Virus record (IMG/VR): IMGVR_UViG_3300016265_000187
Coordinates: 1 to 33,183 of that record
Length of the DNA stretch: 33,183 bases
Reading direction: 5' to 3' (one strand)
Source: a virus
Taxonomy: Duplodnaviria > Caudoviricetes
Shown here: piece by piece, positions 7,879-15,540 of the stretch
How positions within the stretch are numbered: position 1 is the stretch's first letter
Layout of the letters: each line of letters begins with the position of its first letter
Made by a program: the position numbers and the translations under genes
Notes under the pieces: model-generated
Seen by the model: the letters and a program-made list of their open reading frames with translations, nothing else
Told to the model about the DNA's origin: nothing
The model's database searches: none

Positions 7879-10800
7879 TTATACCTGACCTGACAACTCA
7901 CCTGTGTTCAATACACGAACTGGTATGTAAATAAATTCAGCAGCTTTAACTGGCTCAATTGCTACATCTACCCAAAGTTCATTTCTATCTATTCTAGCAG
8001 GTGTATTGTTAGATTCGTCACATACTACTAAGTAGTCATAAACTCCTCTCTTAGCTACAAGATCAACTAATAGTGTTTGAATTACACTAGTAATTTGTTG
8101 TCTAGTTAGTGCATCGTTAGGTTCAAACACAAAAGGTCTTGCTGCTAGAGTTAATTGACGACGAATATAAGCTACCAATCTTGCTACGTTAACACGATCA
8201 AGTGCGCTTTGTGAGTTAAAGCTAGACTTGTTACCATAGTTTAACAATCCATTACCTGTGAAGAACACTAATGGATTTATAAAGTTAGTATATAGAACAT
8301 CTCTGATTCCTACACGAGTTTTAGTAGCAACAAACTCACCTGTTTGTGCATCTAAATATCCAATGCTAGCTGCGTTATCAATTACACCTCTTCTTACCCC
8401 AGCTGGTGCAAACCAAGGATAAGCGATAGAATCGTTTCTTAGTAATGTTCTAATCATCATATGTGATGCTGGAACTACTACTTCGTTGCCTGACAAGTCA
8501 TTAGTCAAACCAGCTGGATAGAATAGACCCATGTATGTGCTTCTAGTTACTAATCCATCATCACCTGTAGAAGTTGCTCCGGCAGCGTTGGTTGCCCATG
8601 CTTGAATCGCAGTAGCACTTTCAGCAAGTCTCATTGGAGTATCACCAATGATAAATCCAGTTTCTCCACGATCAGCGTTTAGCACAATCATGTTAGGCTG
8701 TAACTCTGGATAATTTGGTGTAGCCATTAAGTTAAAGAAGTTATCTTCATCTCTGATAGCAGTATTAGTATCAATTGCTGCTCTTAGTGCTTGTACTACC
8801 ATTGCTCTTTGAGCCTTACGACCCATATAAGGAGCACCATTTGACTGCAATCCAGACACCGAAACCCAAGCATCTTTTTCTGTTGGTAATGAGTCATCTG
8901 GGAAGTTAGTAGCATTAAAGTAATTAGTTCTAAACTCTTTAACGTTATATCCTGAACGTCTAGTATTGAATAACAACATACCTGTTGGATATAAGCTTGA
9001 TGAAGGAGCATCTATGTCTAGATAGTTGCTTGTTAATAAGCTAACAATAGTTGGTATGTCGTCAGTTGCTGGGTTAGTTGTTCCGTTAGTAGCCCAACGA
9101 GCATCTGCAAACACAACACCTGTAGAGTTAACTTGATCAGTGTTATTAATTACAACCCACTGATCTGTGCCGTCAACACTTTGCCAACGATTAATAATAG
9201 GATAGTTTTCTAAGTCACTTGTATCAATCCAAAGATCACCATATACTAATGCAGTACCATCAGACTGAAGAGTAGGTGCGCTTGCACTTACTAAAGGTCC
9301 GTTAGGATCAGTTGCGTTTGCACCTGTTGGTGTTGGGAATCCACTAGAATCGTAATTTTGATTCTTATAACCTTTCCAGTTACCATTATAGTTTACCATG
9401 ATATCTACTTGATCAACTACGCTATAGAACCAGTTAGTGTTATTAGCAGGAGCTTCTGTTAGTGCTGTTGCACTAGCAGTAATATCAGCTTCTACCCAAT
9501 CAGATAATAAAGTAGTAAATATTACGTTGGGAGTACCTGATACAAAAGTAATACCTTCTACTACACCGGCAGCAACTTGTGTTACTTCAACTACTAGATC
9601 ATTAGCAGGAGAAGTTCCTCCTAAGTCAGTTCCTAAGAAAGTTACTTGATCTCCTACTGCGTAACCTGTTCCGGCGTTTACAAAAACTATGGGGTTAATA
9701 AAATATATTCCATTAGTTTTTGTTACGGTAATTTCTAAGGTTACACCTGAACCTGTAGTACTACTTTGAGTAGGTGTGAATACTTCAGTTATGAATAAAC
9801 CATCTTTCACATAATCAGTAGTTCCTACAATGAATCCTGCTTCAGTCATGATACCTGTTTGATCAGGATCTGATATTGAAATAACACCGCCCGCTGTGTG
9901 TGTAATTACTAATTCACCTGAAGAATTTGTACCTACAGTAGTATACGGAATAGCAGCAGTAGTCCATGCTGTAATAAAATCTGATGCAGTAGTAGTATCA
10001 GCAAGTGTAACAGTATATGCTGAAGACAAAGAACTACTTCCCGGTGTTGACACCTGAACTGTAAAAGTATAAGGTCCGTTAGTAAAAGTAGGATTGTTTA
10101 CTGTTCCAGTTACAACGGTTTGTCCAGTAGTTGCTTTCTGCCAATAGTAAACAGGACCTTGATTATACTGTGTATTATAATCATATTGAGCATAAAGAGT
10201 GCCAGCCGGAATTAGTGCTCCACCTGTAGCATCTAATTGGCTTGTAACTGCATAATCAGAAGTGGCAAGAGTTACTGTTCTGCTGTCCCAAGTTGCTGTG
10301 TCGTTATTCCATTCGCTAATAACAGGGTTCAAACCATTACCTAGTGTGCCTACTTTAATCCAAACAGAACCTGTAGGTCTAGGATTAGTTTGTCCAGTTT
10401 GCCATGATGGCTGCTGAGAAGAAGTTCCGTAATATACACTCGGCTGATTATAAGATCCTGCAGTAATTCCCAAATCAGTTAGTACTGTACCAGTCCCAGC
10501 GACTATATTGATAGATTTAGGAAAAGCAGTTAAATCGTTCAACTGTGAAGAATAAATGTTTAATTTACCACCTACATTTGCAGCAGATACTCCTGCCCAT
10601 CCTAAGTTGTTGATTTGAGTTGCTACGCCTGTTACTGTATTATTAGGCGATGCAGGTACTGTAATAGTTGCATCCACTTGCGTTAGTCCATTTAGTCTGA
10701 CTACAAAAGTGTTAGTAGCAGTTAACGAAGTAGGAGCGTTTGAACCTTGAATTGCAGGTACATCTTCTAACCACTCAGTACTTCCTATAACTACCCAAGT

Positions 10801-11433
10801 ATTATCTGTTGCTTTATAGAAAAACTGTTTACCAGTAGAAGTAGTAGGTGCATCATACGTTGGGATAGTAATTACTGCATAATCACCAATGTTACCTAAT
10901 GTGTTTAAAGGTGATCCTGATGATACATCTGTGCTGTCAGTAATTACGATTGGAGTTTGCAATGTAAACTGACTAGTAGTTTGATTGAAAACATAGATTC
11001 CCCAAGTTGTATCAGAAGTATCTAACCAAAGAGTACCATCTGCTGGATTACCTGAAGGTCTTCCTGTTTGACCTACTAATGAAGCTAAATCAATATCTGC
11101 TCTCATACAATATACAGTGTTAGTTGCACCTAATGCAGAGTAAGCAGCTAACAAACCATATTCATTTAACTCGTACCCTTGAATAGGAGTACCGTTAGTT
11201 GATGTATAAAAGAATGGATTACCATATAAGTTAACAAGATCACGTTGACTTGTTACTCTAAATAATTTATTAGCATTTGCCGCAGTAGTACCTTGTGCGA
11301 TACCTGTACCTGCAGGGTTTGACTTATCTTGTGCTGTTGCTAAAAGCACAAAAGGGATTGAGTTTGTAGGCGCTGGAAGATACTGTGATTCATCAGTTAT
11401 TGTTACTTCTACGCCTGGAGATACTAGTGCCAT
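7879..11433 (-). CDS. Contractile tail sheath protein (gp18-like) with large inserted domains
   Basis: Start reassigned to ATG 11433 (MALVSPGVEVTITDES; SD AAGGA) rather than GTG 11475. C-terminal sheath motifs: PWFAPAG.RRG, LY...INP, G.KS, ALDRVNVARL..YI, FVFEPND, VVCDESNNTP..IDRNEL.VD.AI.PVKAAEFIYI. Confidence 0.95.
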   Translation of the reverse strand: MALVSPGVEVTITDESQYLPAPTNSIPFVLLATAQDKSNPAGTGIAQGTTAANANKLFRVTSQRDLVNLYGNPFFYTSTNGTPIQGYELNEYGLLAAYSALGATNTVYCMRADIDLASLVGQTGRPSGNPADGTLWLDTSDTTWGIYVFNQTTSQFTLQTPIVITDSTDVSSGSPLNTLGNIGDYAVITIPTYDAPTTSTGKQFFYKATDNTWVVIGSTEWLEDVPAIQGSNAPTSLTATNTFVVRLNGLTQVDATITVPASPNNTVTGVATQINNLGWAGVSAANVGGKLNIYSSQLNDLTAFPKSINIVAGTGTVLTDLGITAGSYNQPSVYYGTSSQQPSWQTGQTNPRPTGSVWIKVGTLGNGLNPVISEWNNDTATWDSRTVTLATSDYAVTSQLDATGGALIPAGTLYAQYDYNTQYNQGPVYYWQKATTGQTVVTGTVNNPTFTNGPYTFTVQVSTPGSSSLSSAYTVTLADTTTASDFITAWTTAAIPYTTVGTNSSGELVITHTAGGVISISDPDQTGIMTEAGFIVGTTDYVKDGLFITEVFTPTQSSTTGSGVTLEITVTKTNGIYFINPIVFVNAGTGYAVGDQVTFLGTDLGGTSPANDLVVEVTQVAAGVVEGITFVSGTPNVIFTTLLSDWVEADITASATALTEAPANNTNWFYSVVDQVDIMVNYNGNWKGYKNQNYDSSGFPTPTGANATDPNGPLVSASAPTLQSDGTALVYGDLWIDTSDLENYPIINRWQSVDGTDQWVVINNTDQVNSTGVVFADARWATNGTTNPATDDIPTIVSLLTSNYLDIDAPSSSLYPTGMLLFNTRRSGYNVKEFRTNYFNATNFPDDSLPTEKDAWVSVSGLQSNGAPYMGRKAQRAMVVQALRAAIDTNTAIRDEDNFFNLMATPNYPELQPNMIVLNADRGETGFIIGDTPMRLAESATAIQAWATNAAGATSTGDDGLVTRSTYMGLFYPAGLTNDLSGNEVVVPASHMMIRTLLRNDSIAYPWFAPAGVRRGVIDNAASIGYLDAQTGEFVATKTRVGIRDVLYTNFINPLVFFTGNGLLNYGNKSSFNSQSALDRVNVARLVAYIRRQLTLAARPFVFEPNDALTRQQITSVIQTLLVDLVAKRGVYDYLVVCDESNNTPARIDRNELWVDVAIEPVKAAEFIYIPVRVLNTGELSGQV

Positions 11434-11492
11434 ATTAATTTTCCTTTTAGTTGTAATATTTTGAGGTTTACTCACCTGTACTGCGTTTCTTT

Positions 11493-11560
11493 TATTTATC
11501 TAACGTTGATAAAAATACAAGGATAAGGCACATCACCATACCTTCAAAGGCAAATAAATA
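11493..11560. promoter_or_regulatory. Divergent late promoter pair: GATAAATA (-, 11493-11500) and AATAAATA (+, 11553-11560)
   Basis: One box upstream of each of the two divergent genes (sheath and the HNH-like ORF). Confidence 0.65.
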
Positions 11561-11565
11561 ATATT

Positions 11566-11913
11566 ATGACTAGACCTATATGTTCAAAGTGTAACAAAGA
11601 AGTATGTGCTATTAATTATATCAAGAATGGCAAGTACCATTATAGATCAAGTTGTCACGAATGCGGCAAAAAGAAAACTAGAAAGAAGCCACGAACTTTT
11701 CTTTGGCAAAAAAGTGGATACAAAAAGAAAACAGTATGTGACTTGTGTGGATTTAGATGTGTGTACACTACTCAAACAGTAGTGTACCATATCAACGGAG
11801 ATTTAACTGATATAAGCTTGAACAACCTCCGCAGTATATGTTTGAACTGCGTAGAAGTTGTTAAGCGTAAAGAAGTGACTTGGAAAAGAGGAGATTTACA
11901 AGTGGACTATTAA
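11566..11913 (+). CDS. Zn-finger / degenerate HNH-fold protein
   Basis: CxxC pairs (CSKC, CHEC, CDLC, CLNC) and VYHINGD...NNLRSICLNC resemble an HNH motif, but the terminal His is replaced by Val. Confidence 0.65.
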   Translation: MTRPICSKCNKEVCAINYIKNGKYHYRSSCHECGKKKTRKKPRTFLWQKSGYKKKTVCDLCGFRCVYTTQTVVYHINGDLTDISLNNLRSICLNCVEVVKRKEVTWKRGDLQVDY

Positions 11914-12513
11914 GTTTAATGCTTTGAATAATTCTTCTTTAGTTCCATTGTTATCTAGATAGTAATCGTAGTCTAATCCAACTGAACTGTATTCACTAGC
12001 ATGAACTCCTTCGGGTGGTAACCACCCTTCTAATCCTTGATTAAATCTTGCTGCTGAATTATACCATTCAGGCCTAGCGCCGCGTTCTATTCTAATCAAT
12101 GTGCCATTCATGTTTTTAACAGCACTAAGTTCATTTGCGAATCTAGCGTCAGTAACTACTATATTACCCACAGCTTTATTAAGTTTGTTTTCTAATGCTG
12201 CTACCCAAATATCTTTATGAAAGCCTTGTCTACAAACTTCAGTACCCCAGTATTGTAGTACCCATCGTGGAGTCAAGTTGGGCATGTCTAACCGTTTAGC
12301 CCACCATGGATCTATTTGTTCACGCCATTGTCTGCTTTCTAGTGTTTCACCTTCTAACAACACTCTGTCCCAACCAAAAATAACTGAAACAGCATCTTTA
12401 AGTGCACCAGCAAAGCTAAGCTTAGTAAAGTTGTGATTGTTGATTAAGTATTCTGCTGCTGTGTCTTTTCCTGATCCTATAAATCCTGCGATTGCTACTA
12501 TCTTGTCAGCCAT
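11896..12513 (-). CDS. Deoxynucleoside monophosphate kinase (T4 gp1-like)
   Basis: P-loop G.IGSGKDT, SFA..LKD, TPR.VLQ..GTEV.R, D.RF.NE and H.SE motifs. Confidence 0.92.
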   Translation of the reverse strand: MADKIVAIAGFIGSGKDTAAEYLINNHNFTKLSFAGALKDAVSVIFGWDRVLLEGETLESRQWREQIDPWWAKRLDMPNLTPRWVLQYWGTEVCRQGFHKDIWVAALENKLNKAVGNIVVTDARFANELSAVKNMNGTLIRIERGARPEWYNSAARFNQGLEGWLPPEGVHASEYSSVGLDYDYYLDNNGTKEELFKALNLIVHL

Positions 12514-12535
12514 AGTATTCTCCTAGTATCATAAG

Positions 12536-12565
12536 AGAATAACAGAATGAATAGTATAAAGTCAA
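12536..12565 (-). promoter_or_regulatory. Sigma70-type promoter TTGACT-N18-TATTCT (extended TG) for dNMP kinase
   Basis: -35 at 12565-12560 and -10 at 12541-12536, preceded by TGT. Confidence 0.6.
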
Positions 12566-12574
12566 TTAAAAAGG

Positions 12575-13360
12575 TTAACCTTGCACCCAAGTTAATGGTT
12601 GGGATCCATCCACATATCGTCTTAAATCTTCTAATAGCTGGGCCTTTGCTTCTTTGCCTTCAGCTTTCATAGCAGCACCGTTTAGTGAAGTGCCACCTGA
12701 CGGACCTGCGATACTGTTAAACTTTTCACGGGCTTCACCAATGATACACTTTAGTTCTGCTAAAGTAAAATCTTGTAACCAAACGCCAATGCTGGGGTCT
12801 TGTAGCAGCACTACTTCAGGGCGCTGGATGTCCGCCCAAATAAGAATTCTTTCACCAGACCCTTTGAAATCTCTAACTATACGCAACACCTTTGTTACCG
12901 GATCAAAAGTATAAGTTAAATAACCACCAAACATTCTTGCTGCTAACTCTACATAACCAGCATAAAAGTCATAAGTTGCCAAACCACCTGCATAGTTATA
13001 GTTTAACAAATAAGTATTAAGTATCGCACTTGAGAAAGGATCAAATGAAGTAGAAGAAGGACCAGTTTCTAGTCCAACAGTTCTACGATATAAACATCGC
13101 ACATTTATAAACTCGCTGGGTAAAGTATATGTGTCAATATTTTTTTCTACGGTAAAAAGTGTATAAGATTCTTGTGTTGCGTTTTGTGCCCTTGCACGAT
13201 AAGTGGCAATAGTATAGTTATACGCGGCTTCTAAATGCGTAGGATCAACTTCAAGATCAATGATATCTTGTCCTAAGCGGTACAAGCATTGATCAAATAA
13301 TTGTTCTTTTAATTGTGTTAGGTTAAGATTGGTTGGTACACTTAGTGGTGTTGTTGCCAT
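12575..13360 (-). CDS. Neck protein / head-tail adaptor (T4 gp13-like)
   Basis: 261 aa with RLG..IID.E near the N-terminus and W...F..A..K..IGEAREKF..I.GP.GG.SLNG..MK.EG at the C-terminus, typical of gp13 homologues. Late box at 13385-13392. Confidence 0.85.
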   Translation of the reverse strand: MATTPLSVPTNLNLTQLKEQLFDQCLYRLGQDIIDLEVDPTHLEAAYNYTIATYRARAQNATQESYTLFTVEKNIDTYTLPSEFINVRCLYRRTVGLETGPSSTSFDPFSSAILNTYLLNYNYAGGLATYDFYAGYVELAARMFGGYLTYTFDPVTKVLRIVRDFKGSGERILIWADIQRPEVVLLQDPSIGVWLQDFTLAELKCIIGEAREKFNSIAGPSGGTSLNGAAMKAEGKEAKAQLLEDLRRYVDGSQPLTWVQG

Positions 13361-13384
13361 AATATTTTATCTCAATAATATGTG

Positions 13385-13392
13385 TATTTATC
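13385..13392 (-). promoter_or_regulatory. Late promoter box GATAAATA
   Basis: Upstream of the gp13-like gene. Confidence 0.7.
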
Positions 13393-13426
13393 ACTTAGAG
13401 TAATAGAAAAGGATATTCTAAGGGCA

Positions 13427-13825
13427 TGGCGAGTAGATATGAACCTACTCGGCCAAATCTATCTTATTCTTGAGGTACTTAGGCAACGATGAATTCAAAC
13501 ATTACAGTGGAGGATTGTCTATGTCTCACTAACCCTAAGGGAGTTTGCCGTATTCGCTGTTATGCTAAAACGCGATTCACCGAGGAGTTTTAGCCAGCCC
13601 AAGAGTATCTATCGCAATTACCATCTCTTGGCAACTTCAACCAATAAGACACAAGAAACGTTACCAACAAGGGTTGGTCGTTTTAGGCATCCCTGTTCGG
13701 GGTAGTCTTGTGAATGGAGCCACTGATCTTACTCAGTTCAAGCTTAGGCCCACTTCCTGTACCCACACAACACGGATTGAGGTGGGATTTGGGTGCTGAT
13801 TATGGCCAGCACTTGCCTCGCTTGA
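13427..13825 (-). ncRNA. Candidate large structured non-coding RNA (family unrecognised)
   Basis: Only long intergenic gap in the window, visibly more GC-rich than its flanks. At least 11 mutually compatible nested helices; two stem mismatches resolve as G-U pairs only on the minus strand. Confidence 0.7.
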
Positions 13826-13840
13826 TATGTTATAGACGTA

Positions 13841-14269
13841 TCAGAGGTCGCCCTCTTTTCTGTTCTCAGAGTAGTAAGGGTCAAATTGTCCACCGGGATA
13901 TCTAGCTTCAAGCTTCTTTACATTTTCAGCAATAATATCGTTTGGATCGTAACCCAATGCTCTACACGCATTGATCCAGTACCAGATAATATCACCTAAT
14001 TCCCTTTTCATATGAAAGCGATTTTCTTCATTATATGGCTTTCCTTGAAACGCCATCTTTTTAACGATCTCGCTAAACTCACCGCCTTCACTAGCCAATC
14101 CAATAGCAGCAGTAAGCAGCAATGGAAAGTTAAGTTGAATACCATCTAGTACTGCTTGTTTCTCTAATCGGTGTGCGTTATCTACAAATGCTTGTAGATC
14201 GTTTGACTCATTGCTGGTTACTGTGGCAACGAATCCTTGATATTTGTTCAAATCAACTTGCTTGCTCAT
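13841..14269 (-). CDS. mazG: MazG-like nucleoside triphosphate pyrophosphohydrolase
   Basis: All-alpha NTP-PPase motif GLASEGGEFSEIVKK...KRELGDIIWY...N..KL..RYP. Confidence 0.88.
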   Translation of the reverse strand: MSKQVDLNKYQGFVATVTSNESNDLQAFVDNAHRLEKQAVLDGIQLNFPLLLTAAIGLASEGGEFSEIVKKMAFQGKPYNEENRFHMKRELGDIIWYWINACRALGYDPNDIIAENVKKLEARYPGGQFDPYYSENRKEGDL

Positions 14270-14278
14270 TCTTGCTCC

Positions 14279-15460
14279 TTAAAATGCTTTCAATATGATC
14301 ATGTTGGCATTGAATCTGCCGTTAGGTTGTGTAACAACAGCTTTAATTTCTTTAAAGAACTTTCTAGCTGCTGGTTTGCTACCTGTAATTTGTTTTAGTT
14401 GTTCTTCAGGCTTGCGTAAAATCTTAGCTTCACTTTCTTTTGTGTCAAAGCCCAAAAGTGTATTACCTTTAACGATCAAACACTTGCTCATTTCGTCAGC
14501 AACATAATGATACAACTTTCGCTTAGCTGTATCATAAACCCAAGCCTCTGAAGAATTGTGGAGCTTAGTGGGTTCAATACTAACCAAGTTAAGTTTTGTT
14601 TTTTCGTCAACAAACTTACGCAAGTATTTTAGTTTAGATACTTGTTTTTCTACTGAGATAGGCTTGCGAACACGTTTAGCTTTAGTTGTTTGCTTTAGCG
14701 CAACATATGAATTTATGTTGCTGATTATTTGTTCAACAAATTTAATCAAATTCTTGATTTGTGCTTTACCTAAATGAGAATAGCCTTCAGCAAGTTGTTC
14801 GTCTGTATCTTTTTGAACTTCCAAAAGTTCTTGTTTGATATCATCAAAAGGACTGATAATAATAGAAACATGTTGTGGCAAAATACTTTTTTCAGACAAC
14901 ATATTGATTACTTTGCTAGAAGTATCGGATACGGTTTTACAACCTTCAGCTATGTAATCATCTACCATACCCAGTATTTCTCCAGATACATCGTGTGCTC
15001 GCTCACGCATAACTACTTGAACGTTTCGCTTGTTTGCTTCTTGTTCTTCTGTTGCGTCTAGTTCAGGTTTCTCTGGCTCTTTGTCGCCTTCAATCAACCG
15101 ATTGATTTCTTTTGTCAATCTTTCTTTTTCTTCATCTAGCAGATTAAATCCGCGTTGCGAAAAACGTGCTAACCAACCATATGTAGCAACAATTTTACTA
15201 TCGGATACACGATTTAGTTTTTTCGCGGTGGCAGCATCACCAGTTTGAATTACATAATCTACTATAAACTGTTTTGCTTCTTTATTAGAACAAAAGTAAT
15301 TGTACCAATTAAATGCTTTACCCAAAATAGATGATCGTTTATCAAGTGAAGGTTGCTCTAAAACTTTGGGTTCACCACCATGCCCTTTTAGACCCATTAA
15401 GTCTTTGGGTTTCAAATCTTTAGCAATTTCGCCCAAAACAACAGTCTTAGTTCTAGCCAT
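14279..15460 (-). CDS. Hypothetical phage protein (early)
   Basis: 393-aa basic ORF with a strong AAGGAG SD, behind a near-consensus sigma70 promoter. No motif recognised. Confidence 0.75.
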   Translation of the reverse strand: MARTKTVVLGEIAKDLKPKDLMGLKGHGGEPKVLEQPSLDKRSSILGKAFNWYNYFCSNKEAKQFIVDYVIQTGDAATAKKLNRVSDSKIVATYGWLARFSQRGFNLLDEEKERLTKEINRLIEGDKEPEKPELDATEEQEANKRNVQVVMRERAHDVSGEILGMVDDYIAEGCKTVSDTSSKVINMLSEKSILPQHVSIIISPFDDIKQELLEVQKDTDEQLAEGYSHLGKAQIKNLIKFVEQIISNINSYVALKQTTKAKRVRKPISVEKQVSKLKYLRKFVDEKTKLNLVSIEPTKLHNSSEAWVYDTAKRKLYHYVADEMSKCLIVKGNTLLGFDTKESEAKILRKPEEQLKQITGSKPAARKFFKEIKAVVTQPNGRFNANMIILKAF

Positions 15461-15490
15461 TTTTTACTCCTTGAGTTAAAGTTACAAAGT

Positions 15491-15519
15491 ATTCTAGCAT
15501 TATATATCGGTGTTGTCAA
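15491..15519 (-). promoter_or_regulatory. Strong sigma70-type promoter TTGACA-N17-TAGAAT (extended TG)
   Basis: Perfect -35 at 15519-15514, 17-nt spacer, TGC then TAGAAT at 15496-15491. Confidence 0.85.
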
Positions 15520-15527
15520 CTGTCTAC

Positions 15528-15535
15528 GATAAATA
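15528..15535 (+). promoter_or_regulatory. Late promoter box GATAAATA, 5 nt before the ATG
   Basis: Reads GATAAATA-ctatt-ATG, back to back with the sigma70 promoter. Confidence 0.75.
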
Positions 15536-15540
15536 CTATT

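Noticed and set aside
11434-11475. GTG start at 11475 for the sheath
   Set aside because: ATG 11433 has an SD and gives the canonical MALVSPGV N-terminus.
13427-13825. tmRNA, RNase P, group I intron or tRNA identity for the structured region
   Set aside because: There is no tRNA-like acceptor/T-arm or tag ending in AA-stop (ggcaacgatgaa only superficially resembles ANDE), no GAGGAAAGUCC P4 motif, and the GACUA has no downstream UAGUC partner for P7. The flanking genes are intact, not split exons.
13714-13905. 63-aa + strand ORF in the structured region
   Set aside because: It overlaps mazG antisense, has no SD or promoter and has atypical composition. The region is better explained as structured RNA.
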